From NCBI RefSeq assembly GCF_006345805.1, contig NC_042997.1:43772001-43836000 (forward strand): a stretch of DNA of 64,000 nucleotides. Direction: 5' to 3'. The stretch comes from Octopus sinensis. Lineage: Eukaryota. The notes beneath the pieces are model-generated. The model made no database searches, was not told the DNA's origin, and worked only from the letters and a program-made list of their open reading frames with translations. This document shows, piece by piece, positions 13,380 through 26,170 of this stretch. The position numbers were made by a program, and so were the translations under genes. How positions within the stretch are numbered: the first letter of the stretch is position 1; every line of letters begins with the position of its first letter.

Positions 13380-13520
13380 ATCAAATCCCCAGAATCTGGA
13401 AATTGGGAAAAATCATCACATTTAAAAAAACCCAACAAAATTACGACTGAGGTGGCATTTCAGGAACCCAGCATCTTCTGGTTCTCACCTTCAAAATTCT
13501 TGGAGAGATTTGTTCTAGAC
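13380..13520 (+). mobile_element. Highly decayed non-LTR RT N-terminal fragment (I/Jockey-group-like)
   Basis: IPRIWKLGKIITFKK resembles the PxxWKxAxIxxIxKPxK motif; broken frame. Confidence 0.45.
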
Positions 13521-13713
13521 ATCCCCAACGCACATATTTCCATCTCTACCTTCACAAAATTGCAACCACTTCACTACTTGTAAATTCCACACAAAAGCAA
13601 AATAAATGAGGGATCCAAATGGGTTAAAATCCTCTCACATATTCTATCCTGAATACAACTGATATCAGTGATATTTTTGATTCAATTCGCTACTGTCCAT
13701 TCTAACCCAAAAT

Positions 13714-14105
13714 ATTCTTTTCTACTCTAGACACAAGGCCCGAAATTTTGGGGGAGGGGGGGCAGTCATTTAGATCGACCCCAGTACACAACTGGTACTT
13801 ATCGATCCTGAAAGGATGAAAGGCAAAAATTGACCTCAGCAGAATTTGAACTTGGAACGTAAAGACAGACAAAATACCTATTTCTTTACTACCCACAAGG
13901 GGCTAAACACAAAGAGGACAAACAAGGACAGACAGATTAAATCGATTATATCGACCCCAGGGCGTAACTGATACTTAATTTAATGACCCCGAAAGGATGA
14001 AAGGCAAAGTCGACCTCGGCGGAATTTGAACTCAGAACGTAAAGACAGACAAAATACCACTAAGCATTCAGCCTGGCATGCTAACATTTCTGCCAACTTA
14101 CCGCC
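13714..14105 (-). mobile_element. SINE family F, dimeric form
   Basis: Two copies of the core inside one 14-bp TSD, ttctaacccaaaat (13700-13713, 14106-14119). Confidence 0.85.
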
Positions 14106-15840
14106 TTCTAACCCAAAATCTTAATCACCTTTAGAAACAACACAAAATACTAGTTAACCAACAATCTTTATGTAGTGTACAACAATATATTTAGTATCTG
14201 CTATTTCCAACTGGAATACTGCAAGGATTCACTATCCCATGAATATATTAGCTGCATGACTTTTCTACAATTAGAGAAAAGAAAGAGAGAGAGGGAGTGA
14301 GAGAAATAGAAGCTCATTTGTAGACAGCATATTTGTTCTAAACTGCATAAAGTACACACAAATCCACAGTTTCTGTTCTTGTCAGCAACAGCAGAGAGCA
14401 TAAGATTATGTGATTTGAACTATGAAACATAGAAGCATAAAATAAACTTGATCCAATGATTATGTCTCTTAACTTGCTAGTTACAGCAGCCAAATCTCCC
14501 TGTTGGATAACTTAGTTCTTATGAAACTATATCTGTAAAAGATGGCATTGTAACAACTGAAACATCTTGAATTATAAGCTTGCTTGGTTAGAACTCGGCC
14601 TGGGGCTAAACAACACCACAAAGAGAAGAGTAAAAAACATAAATCATTTATAATTTTTCAGTTTATGTAACTTCTATAAAAGATATAGTGACACATAAAT
14701 ATAGAACATACAGATGGTGCTTTTGATCAACAGATAAAAGCAACCTTAACATATAAAACAAGTATAATGGATTCCATTAGTCATGCTGAGACCTCATTTT
14801 TCCACCATAATTACATAAAGAAATAAAGCACAGGCACCAAAAATACATACAAAGAAGAACCACTCGGACATGTGAGGAGGGCTCTTTGTTGCAGTAGCAA
14901 GCTTCAACCCTCACTGTCCCTGCCACTCTAGTCACAATCACTCCAAACACCCAAACGCATCTGCAACATCAATGAGGTAATAGGCGAGCTAGATATAGCA
15001 GCTAAATTTCTCTCAAATTGTATTCTATTATCTTAGAAAAGAAAGACCCGTTAGATAATGTAGACCTTGATAACAATATAGCTGAAGGAAAAAAAAAAAA
15101 ACAATGATAAAAGCTAGAATGTTTATGATTATAGATGTACTCAGATCTGACTTAATTTATCAACTAAAACCCCACAGAAAACCCTTAACTCTAATACTAC
15201 TCTAAAAACACTCTACTGCCTACCCAGTCCTTACAGACGTTGCCCCGCTCCATGCATTCACAGAAAAATAACAACAACAATACATACAATAGACCCAAAC
15301 ATGCTGTGACAATATACACACACCACCAATAAGTACAGAATAATACCTTCACATTCTGGTAGTGTCCATTCTGCCTACCCCCTCTGCTATAATGGACATC
15401 AGGATCTTCAAGCATACAGAACTAAACTGGATAGTGGAGATGTTATATTTCCACATTTTCACTGTGTTGCTTATATTAAACCACTGCATGTTGGAATGTG
15501 CAGTATGATCCTTCAGAAAGACAGAGGCTAGTATAAGAAGATTTCATTTTGTTATTTATCTGATCATGTACATGCTATGTGCCTGCTTAATTGAGAGTGA
15601 CTATATCACATGTAGATATTTTGAAAAAGGCCTTAACCAAACTCATTTTACATGCAGAAATATTGTTGGAGTCTGATAGTAAATCTTTGTTAGTAGTCAG
15701 TCTTGCTATCACAATAGTTAAAACTTTTTCACTGCTTGTTCTCTTTCTCTCTCTCTTATCCATATCATATTTTTATTTGGTTGCACCGAGTCTTTTTGTT
15801 TGCATGTTTTTTGTCAGTATGATACTTATTTCTTGTATAG

Positions 15841-16106
15841 ATATCCAACGCTGTAAAGAAAGTGATCCAGGATGGAGAAATATGTGTTACATTGGGAGGT
15901 GACCACAGTCTTACGACTGGGGCTCTTCATGGCCATGTCCAGGTGCAACCTGATCTTGTCATTGTGTGGATAGATGCCCACGCTGACATTAATCCACCTG
16001 CAGCATCATTAACAGGTCACATGCATGGAATGCCACTGTCATTTCTGATAAAAGAATTACAACCATATATGAGTGAAGTCGGACCCTTTGACTGGGTTGA
16101 ACCATG
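15841..16106 (+). CDS. ARG: Arginase exon A (266 nt): ISNAVKK...GGDHS...DAHADIN...HGMP...WVEP(C)
   Basis: Acceptor tcttgtatag ends at 15840; donor gtaagc starts at 16107; contains the H101, D124, H126 and D128 equivalents. Confidence 0.97.
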
Positions 16107-17585
16107 GTAAGCAAAAAATAACCTTTTATTCAAAGCCCTCAGAAAAACTTACCTTCAGCTACAATTTAAAGCTATTTTAATATTTCTCCTTCTTGCTAAT
16201 GAAATAATACCATTGATCAATGTTTAAATACTAGTAAATAGTGGACTATTGTTATAGAGGATGTGATTTATTTGTGAAATGCTTTTTTATCTATGTTTAT
16301 AAAAAATGACAGGAAATTTTCTCAAGGATCCCTTCTACTCTTTTACTCTTTACTCTTTTACTTGTTTCAGTCATTTGACTGTGGCCATGCTGGAGCACCA
16401 CCTTTAGTCGAGCAAATCAATCCCAACACTTATTCTTTGTAAGTCTAGTACTTATTCTATCGGGCTCTTTTGCCGAACCACTAAGTTACGGGGACGTAAG
16501 CGCACCAGCATCGGTTGTCAAGCAATGTTGGGGAGACAAACACAGACACACAAACATATACACACACATAAATATATATATACATATATACGGCGGGCTT
16601 CTTTCAGTTTCCATCTACCAAATCCACTCACAAGGCTTTGGCCGGCCTGAGGCTATAGTAGAAGACACTTGCCCAAGATACCACGCAGTGGGACTGAACC
16701 CAGAACCATCTGGTGCCTACATGAAGAATATATTTAAGTGTTTGTTTGTGTAGTAAGGGGTAAAGACCCCCTTCGGTCATGAATGACCATGGGATTGCAC
16801 CTAGAAAGTTACCCTCCTAGACACAAGTCCGGGCAAGGTTGTTTATGGAAGACCAGCAGTCGCCCATGCATACCAGCCTCCCCTCTCCACGCCACCAGTG
16901 TTATCCAAGGGAAAGACAAAGGTCGATACAGCTTGGCACCTGTGACGTCGCAACTCATTTCTACAGCTGAGTGAACTGGAGCAACGTGAAAATAAAGTGC
17001 CTTGCTCGAGAACACAACACGCAGCCCGGTCCGGGATTCGAGCTCACAACCTCACGATTGTAAGCTCGACGCTCTAACCACTGAGCCATGCGCCTTCACT
17101 TTGTGTAGTAGTAACATAACGAATGGAGAGCATACAGTGGAGGGTGACCTCTAGTAGGTATGGTGACAATTGTGGGCATATTTTGATCTTATTAGACCTC
17201 TGCAAATTGTATACTTACTTCACTTACTAGATCTTAAAATGTCTGTGATTTTAATAAAGAATGGTCAATTTTAAAAGAGTGGAATAGTTTGCTTGAAGCA
17301 TTGTAGAGTACTTAGAAAATTAGTGTTACCATAGAAGACCGTAGCACAACAGCTTGGACATAAATATCAATATTACACAAAATGATTTGCCTTGCCATTT
17401 TGGAGAACCAGTTTTAGTTGAATAAATGAACCCCAGGATTTATTCTTTATAAGCCAAGTACTTATTCTATTGATCTCTTATGCCAAACCACTGAGTTATG
17501 TGGAAGTAAACACACCAACATCTGTTGTCAAGTGATAGTGGTGGTGGGGGACAAACACAGACAAACAAATACATACATACATATA

Positions 17586-17633
<48 letters not shown>

Positions 17634-20600
17634 GGGCTTCTTTCAGTTTCCATCTACCAAATCCACTCACAAGACTTTGATTGGCTTGAGGCTATAGTAG
17701 AAGACACTTGCCCAAGGTGCCACACAGTGGGCTTGAACCTGGAACCATGGGGTTGGGAAGCAAACATCTTACCATACAGCCCTCTCTCTTGATCTCTTAA
17801 TACCTCTGTTAAAGGATTTTTACTTGAAATCACAGTGTCAGGTAACATTTCAATATCTATATTAGAGCTATTTTTCGTATTTGACATTTGATCTGCATTG
17901 CTTTAGCCTTATATAATTCCCTGATTTTCTTTGTCAATTTTAATTTTGGAGTGTCTTCAACAAGAATTATCATTAACGTTAATGATTTTCCTTTTCATTA
18001 CAATTTTAACTAGTTGAAAATACTGTGGGGCTCACTACATTATGCCGAGTAGCACCAATTTGACTCTGTTTATAAATATGGATATATTTATAAATAGTTT
18101 TATTTTAACCTATTTAGCTGGGTTTTTTTTAAAAAAAGAACTTTTAAAATCTATTTTAGATATTTTTAAAATATGTATGTATACAGTAGTTTTTTGAAGT
18201 GCAAACATGCCTTCTTGTAGAGGTAAGTGTTAGAGGATTTGTTGGAATTAAGGATCCCTTGGTGCTCAGAAGTCTCAAACACTGCAAAGAACAGAAAAGA
18301 TGTTGCTAGAAAATTGTCAGAAGCCACAGGGTAAGCAAGCCATTACATCTAGCGCAAGAGAAAGGACAAGTGGTACAGCAAGAATTATCAGTGAGGATGG
18401 TAGAAACATCTGGCCCAGAGTCACATCTCGTATTAAACAAAGCTTGTGCTATTGAGAGGGAGTTTTGTTGTCTGTATCGGTGGGTGGTTCTGGGCAGCTC
18501 TGGTGTCACTGTGGAAGGGGCCAAAATACCAACTGAGCTGCTTCCCTATCTGGTGAGACATCGACCCCTGCATTTGGAGATAGAGTATAGCAGCACCCTC
18601 AGTAAACAAGTTGTAAATGTTAAACCTTCGAAATATTTTGCTTAAACTATTCAACAATAAAAACAGTTTGAGAAACAATATTATAAAGAAAAATTTATAT
18701 CAACTTAAAGAAACATATAATTCCTTTAATCTCTCAGGATGTTTGTCTTAATCCAGATCTGCAGCTGGCTTGTTATTTGTATTGCTTTATCAAATTTTTA
18801 TTTTTTCTGGATTAAGTTCAACAACTTTATTGTTTAGCAGCATATTTTGAAGATATTTTTAAATTCTTTTGCTGGATTCTGGCATTGGGCTATGGCCTTG
18901 ATGGGGCACTGCCTTCAAGTTTTTTTTAGTCAATTATATATATATATATTTTTATTGCCACAAGATTCTCTAAATTGAAACTAGATTATATTCAAAGTGC
19001 AATATTGCATAATATTGAGGCATAAGTATTGTGTGCTGGGGATATGTGAAGGCTGTAAAGAAATGAAGTGAACATTCTCTGCTGGATGTGTAATATTTGT
19101 GTGAATGAACAGCAGAGCACAAATGAGCTGAGAGAAAAACAGGATATAAATGGAGTCAGTTGCAGTGGGCAAAAGCAAAGACTGTGTGTAAAGGAGGGGG
19201 GTGAAGGTTGGGTAAAGAAGAGCCTGTTGATCTAAAATGAAGGGGATAACATGGGGGAAAAGTGACCAGTCACCAGGTTAATCTCAAGGGGCTAAACTTC
19301 CTAAAAAAGATGACAAGGTATTGTGGTGAGGAACTCTGCTGATTAGAAAGCCCATTGCTGTGTGGTAAGAATTTTGCTTCCCAACTACATGGCTGCAGGT
19401 TCAATCCCACTGCATGGCACCTTGGGCAAGTGTCATCTACTATAACTTTGGTCCAATCAAAGCCTTGTGAGCAGGTTTGGTAAATGGAAACTGAAAGAAG
19501 CCCATCAGATATATGTCTGTGTTTGTCCCCCCACTGCTGCCTAACAACCCATGTTCGCGTGTATGTCTCCCTGTAACTTAGCTGTTCAACAAAAGAGACT
19601 GATACAATAAGTATCAGGCTTTGAAAAAAAAGAAGTACTGAGCTTGATGCAGCATTTGATTGAAATTCTTGAAGCAGGTGCTCCAGCATGGTCGCAGTCT
19701 AAATGACCTAAACAAGTAAAAGGTGAAAGAGAGAAAAGAACCTTGCAAGCTTAGAGTATGCAGGAGCATGATGATGAGGATGATGATGATGATGGTGGTT
19801 GTTGTTGTTGACAACATGAAATATATGTTGTAGTAGTTTCTGCTCATATTTCAATTAATGAGATGGAATTCGTGAAGAAGAATTTCCTGAAAGGTTTAAA
19901 TCAGACATTTTTACCAAAGTCATCTGAACTGCCGTAAAAGCATTTTAAGACCTCATGCTGTGGTTTATATACTCTTTTACTCTTTTACTTGTTTCAGTCA
20001 TTTGACTGCGGCCATGCTGGAGCACCGCCTTTAGTTGAGCAAATCGACCCTGGGACTTATTCTTTGTAAGCCCAGTACTTATTCTATCGGTCTCTTTTGC
20101 CGAACCGCTAAGTGACGGGGACGTAAACACACCAGCATCGGTTGTCAAGCAATGCTAGGGGGACAAACACAGACACACAAACACACACAGACACACATAC
20201 ATATATATATATATACATATATACGACAGGCTTCTTTCAGTTTCTGTCTACCAAATACACTCACAAGGCATTGGTCGGCCCGAGGCTATAGCAGAAGACA
20301 CTTGCCCAAGATGCCACGCAGTGGGACTGAACCTGGAACGATGTGGTTGGTAGGCAAGCTACTTACCACACAGCCATTTCTGCGACATTTTTCTTAGAAT
20401 CCTTTTATCAGCCATTATGATTTTTTTTTTTTATTCCATATCTTTTGAAGAGGTGTAATGGGTATCAGTGCACTTGGATTTTGTCCAAAATTCAATTCTT
20501 TTTCTGTTGGTATTTTTGTGGGAATATATATATATTGATTATTTGGTTCAAAGACATGTATCATATGATTCCTTTATCCTCCTTGAATTTTTTTTTCTTT

Positions 20601-21422
20601 CTGAGATATACTAGATATTCTATTAATGTCACTATTGTTTGGTATTGGCACTTGGTTATAGAAAGATAGGTGAATCACTCTTGAGTCAACAAGAAATGCA
20701 AAAGAGAATCCTAAAGTTGAAAGATGGATGGCAGGAATCTAGAAAGTAGTTCAGGATACTCTCTCTCTCTCTTTTACTCTTTTACTTGTTTCAGTCATTT
20801 GACTGTGGCCATGCTGGAGCACCGCCTTTAGTCGAGCAACTCAACCCCGGGACTTATTCTTTTTGTAAGCCCAGTACTTATTCTATCGGTCTCTTTTTGC
20901 CGAACTGCTAAGTAACGGAAACATAAACACACCAGCATCGGTTGTCAAGCAATGCTAGGGGGACAAACACAGACACACAAACACACACACGCATATATAT
21001 ATATATATACATATAAACATATATATGACGGGCTTCTTTCAGTTTCCATCTACCAAATCCACTCACAAGGCTTTGGTCGGCCTGAGGCTATAGCAGAAGA
21101 CACTTGCCCAAGGTGCCACGCAGTGGGACTGAACCCAAAACCATGTGGTTGGTAAGCAAGCTACTTACCACACAGCCACTCCTGCGCATGTCATATTTAC
21201 AAAACATGGTGATAATTTGTCTTATTGTCTTTTATATGATAATCACTTTGACTAAGAAACCCTTACTAATTTGAACTATCATTCAGAAAATAAATGACTT
21301 TAATAACAATTGAAGACCTGCCCCACCCCGCTCCATATTTTGGTCACTGTTTATCATGTAATAACATGCTTACATAAATGTGTTATTTTTATATGCACAC
21401 ATACATATGTATACATACACAC

Positions 21423-21453
<31 letters not shown>

Positions 21454-24400
21454 ATGTACATATACATACGTACATGTTTTCAGATTATTTGTTATTGTTT
21501 ACTCTTAGAAAATGCCTTTTTCTTCGTTGCAGAATATTATCTATTTATTTCCATAGTGAAACTTGATATATTTACGCATTATTTTTAGACAGATCTATTG
21601 TTTATTGAGGAGTTAGTACAACTGAAGTATATGTTTGTCAAGAGAAAGGTTATACACATATTATTTTTCAATGAGAAAACAAAACATTAACCTCATCATA
21701 TGCAGAATATATTTTATTTTTTTAAATACTTATCAATGTTATATTCACCACTGTAAGGTTATACTGAATCAGTGTTAAAATTCTCACTGCATTCCATTGA
21801 ATCAAATTACCTTACATAATTACTAAGTTATCTTGTTAGTATACAGAGAGAATATCTATTGTATCTGTACCTGGGTAATTATAGAGGCTGTCCATTCAAA
21901 AAGAATTGCGTTTCTTGGGAGAATGTTCCTTGATATCTGTTACTACCATTAATGCGCTAGCACAATAAAACAAAAACTGTTGTTGCATCCATTAGTATTT
22001 TGGAATTTTAATAATGTCATAGTTTTGTTTACAGTGTGGAGGACCTGGCTCAGAACTATTCCAAATTAGAACTCTGCCAAGTTTTAAGACATTTCCATCT
22101 TTTACATTCAGTAGAATATGTACAAGTACTCTAATAGTATTTCATGAATTGGTGCAAGTGTAGCTGTGTGGTTAAGAAACTTGCTTCCCGAACATGTGCT
22201 CTTGAGTTTAGTCTCACAGCATGGCACCTTGGGTAAATATCTTCTAGTAAAGCCTTGGGCTGATCAAAGGGTTAAAGGTGGGTTTGGTTAATGGAAGCTA
22301 AAGCTCATCATGTATGTGTGTGTGTGTGTGTTATTTATCTTGACATCACGGTTGTAAACAAGTTTGTTTGTTTACAGTCTTCAGTGAAAAGCATGTCTGG
22401 CCATGGAAAATATTATCTTGCTTGTAAACAAGTGAGGGTTGGTGACAGGTAGGGGATCCAACTGTAAATCTGCCTCAACAAGTTATGTCTGATCCATGCA
22501 AGCATGGAAAAGGGGACGTTAAATGATGATGATGATGATGTTGATGATGAATGAGGTGTAATTGAAATTTTTAATCTTTCTTAAATGTTAAATAAATCTG
22601 TGGCACAAATGTCATGGACAAAACATTACACTGCTTCTTGTGCTGAGGGTCCAGTGAAGGAGTTCAGCTGTTTTAGGGAGTGTGAAATTATCCTTTTGAT
22701 TCTACTATTACTCCCTGGTCTGTTCAGGGTGGAAGTGCCTGTCAAGGGCTCCAATTGTGGATCATATACCTGAAGATGGTCATACAGGACTTGGAGGAGG
22801 GTCGACCCCTTAGACATACGTCATGCAGGTCTACTGGTGTGTGGGCATGCCCTGATGTCATGTGAATCACTCCTCCTTCCTAACAGTTAAACAAGGCTCT
22901 GTACCTTAAGGGTTAGCTTGAAAGAGCAAAGGACAAGCAGAGTAAATCATAAACAAACCAGGAGATGGCAACAGGAAACCACTGTTGTATCTTTTCCAAG
23001 AAAAGTTACAAATCTTCAGACTTTGGCATGGAGCACCATGATTGCTGAAACCCATAGGCATGGCACATGAAGAGAGAGAGAGAGAAAGCATAGAAATATT
23101 CTTTTCTACTCTAGGCTCAAGGCCCGAAATTTTTGGGGAGGGGGCCAGTCAATTAGATCGAACCCCAGTACACAACTGGTACTTAATTTATCGACCCCGA
23201 AAGGATAAAAGGCAAAGTCAACCTTGGCGGAATTTGAAATCAGAGAGTAAAGACATGAAATACCAACAAGCATTTCACCCAGTGTGCTAACGATTCTGCC
23301 AGCTAACGATTCTGCCAGCTAACGATTCTGCCAGCTCACCACCTTAAAAAGCATATCCAAATCCAATATCCAAACAAATTAGTGTCCTATGGTGGCCTGT
23401 AAGAATCTTGCAAGGGCAGGGATAGCCAGTGAAGCATTTAAAAGGATAATAATGAATCACAAGTTTGTGGGGGCACAGAGGCAATTAGTTAACAACAACC
23501 TTAGATTGTTCATGTAACCAGAGTTTTGTTTACAATGCCAAAAATTACTTCTCCCCTGTACAATTACTGACTCTGTATAAAATACCATCATCATCCTTCA
23601 ACGGCTGCTTCCATACTGGTATGGGTTGGACAGTTTGATCAGAGCTGGCAAACCGGAGAGCTGCATCAGGTTCCAGTCTGATTTGGCTTGGTTTCTGTGG
23701 CTGGATGCTCTTCCGAATGCCAACCACTTTACAGTGTGTGCTGGGAGCTTTTTATGTGGCACCAGCACCAGTATGTAATGAAACAAATCCCTGACAAATG
23801 ACAGGGCATCCAGTATACATGTGTACGTGTTTGTGTGTGTGTGTTATGAACTGCATTTCAAAAAGGGACCTTTTTTTTTTTGGTGTTGCAAGCTTTTAAT
23901 TGATAATACTCTTCAACCATTTGGATATTATTTTGCATGCGTTCTTTGTTTATTCTGTCACTACAATGGTTTATACAAGTTTGAATTTGTTCAATGTTGA
24001 AGCCTTTCATTAGAAATATAAAGATATAAAGGTTGTAAGCTTGAACTAATTATAGGGAAATGTGTTGTGTCGACTTTTCTATGCATGTTGAGACAGATTT
24101 TCTGTAACCAAATGCCCTTATTTTTGCCAACCCTTACCTGTTTCCAAGCAAAGTAATATCTCCCCACGGCCAGGCATGTTTTTCAGTGGAAGACTGGAAA
24201 TGAACAACACTGCTAATCTGACAGTGATGCTTGTTTACATCAATCACCATGTAGACAAGGGTACACACACACACGTATGTATATATATATGTGTGTGTGT
24301 CTATGTATCATCACTAAATCATAAATCCAAAAGAGAATCCTACTCTAAGTTATAGAGTAGTAGAGTAAATAGATAAAGATAGTTGTGGCCAGTCTGTGGA

Positions 24401-26131
24401 GTTACCAAGGGTTTCATGCCCATAAAATGCTTAACATTACAGTATCTCTTCAGATGCTAGTGGCCAGTGACCTATAACCTCCCTTCAAAATGGAGGGAGA
24501 AAAGACCTCATGGCTAGTTGTATATATATATATATATATATATATATAATGATTACTTCCAGTTTCTATCTACCAAATAAAAAACAAGTATTGGTTGGTC
24601 CGAGGCTATAGTTGAAGACAACTGCTTAGGGTGCCACACAATGGGATTGAACCTGAAATCACATGGTTCGGAAGCAAGCTTCTTAACCACACAGCCATGT
24701 CTGTGCCTATAAGCCTATATGTAAAAGTCTACTCAGCAGGCAAAAATGAGTCGCACCTGTATTTCAAAGGGCCAGCCTTGTCACATTGTGTCATGCCAGA
24801 TCTCCCTGATAAGGGTACATGTGTCTGTGGAGTGCTCAGCCACTCACACATTAATTTCATGTCCAGGCTGTTCCATTGATTGTATCGACTGGAATCTTCA
24901 ACATTAACTGATGGAGTATAATTTCCTGAAGAGGATCATAAAATCATACAAAGATGAAAGATTTAGTCAAATTTTTGGAAAATTTAAACTTTTTTTTTTC
25001 TATAATAATTATAATAATTGTTTCTCGCATAGTCTCAAGGCCTGAAATATTTTAGGGAGGGTGGTTAGTCAGTACAGTTGCACCCAGTATCTGACTGGTA
25101 CTTTATTTTATGGATCCCATAGTAGAAAAACAAGGTTGTCCTCTGCAAGATTTAAACTAAGAAATACCACAAGGCAGTTTGTCCAATGCTCTACCAAATT
25201 TATCAATCCACTAATAATGATTTCAAATTTTGGCACGAGGCCAGCAATTTTGGGGGAGTAGTAAGTTGATTACATCAATCCCAGTACTCAACTGGTATTT
25301 GTTTTATTGATCCCGAAAGGATAAAAGGTAAAGTCAACCATTGCGGAATTTGAACTCAGAACGTAAAGACAGATGAAATACCACTAAGCCAGGTGTGCTA
25401 ATGATTCTGCCATCTTAATATCTTCCAGTCCACTAATAAGGATAATGATAATTGTGTCTTATAATATTCGTTAGTTGATGGTGGTGCAGTTATCCAATTA
25501 TGGTTACATAAACCAAAGGTGTTGGCGAAGATGGCAGTAGTGTACTTTTTAGTCAAATGTTTCATGTCTAAATGGTTTTAAGTTTTAATATTTTTATTTC
25601 CCTCCTAAAGATGTTTTGGGAATTTAATGTGTGTGTGTGTGATTTCTGTTTGCAGCATTTTATTGTGTAATCACTCCTTGGCAAATCTTCATTCTGCCAA
25701 TTTACACGAGCATCATCATTGTCTTTTTAACAGCCACTTTTCCATGCTAGCATGGGCCAAACAGTATTTGTTGACGTATTTTCTACAGCTGGATGCCCTT
25801 CCTGTCACTAACCCCTCACTTGTTTCATGCAAGTTAATGTTTCCCCGTGACCAGACATGTTTTCACAGAAGAATAGAAATGAATAACACCACTTGTGTGA
25901 CAGTGGCACCTGTTTACAACTATCATACAATGTGAAGACCTAGAAGTGCACACATACACACACAGGTGCACATACATATATATGATGGACTTCTTTTAGC
26001 TTTTATCTACCAAATACACTCACAAGGTTTCATCAACCCAGGGCTATAACAGAAGATGCTTGGCTGGTGTGCCATGTTGTGGGACTGAACCCAAAGAAAA
26101 CTTCTTAAACTCATTGCTATATGTGCTACAA

Positions 26132-26170
<39 letters not shown>

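Noticed and set aside
1-15840. N-terminal arginase exons
   Set aside because: No G-x-P-F-x-x-GQ or GVExGP-like exon with splice sites was found by eye; they are presumed upstream of the window.
15591-16110. ORF-track starts at 15591 and 15862
   Set aside because: 15591-15902 is hydrophobic low-complexity intron read-through. 15862 is an internal GTG of exon A, not a true start.
18290-18660. GC-richer patch with overlapping ORFs
   Set aside because: No motif I can assign with confidence; probably an old TE fragment.
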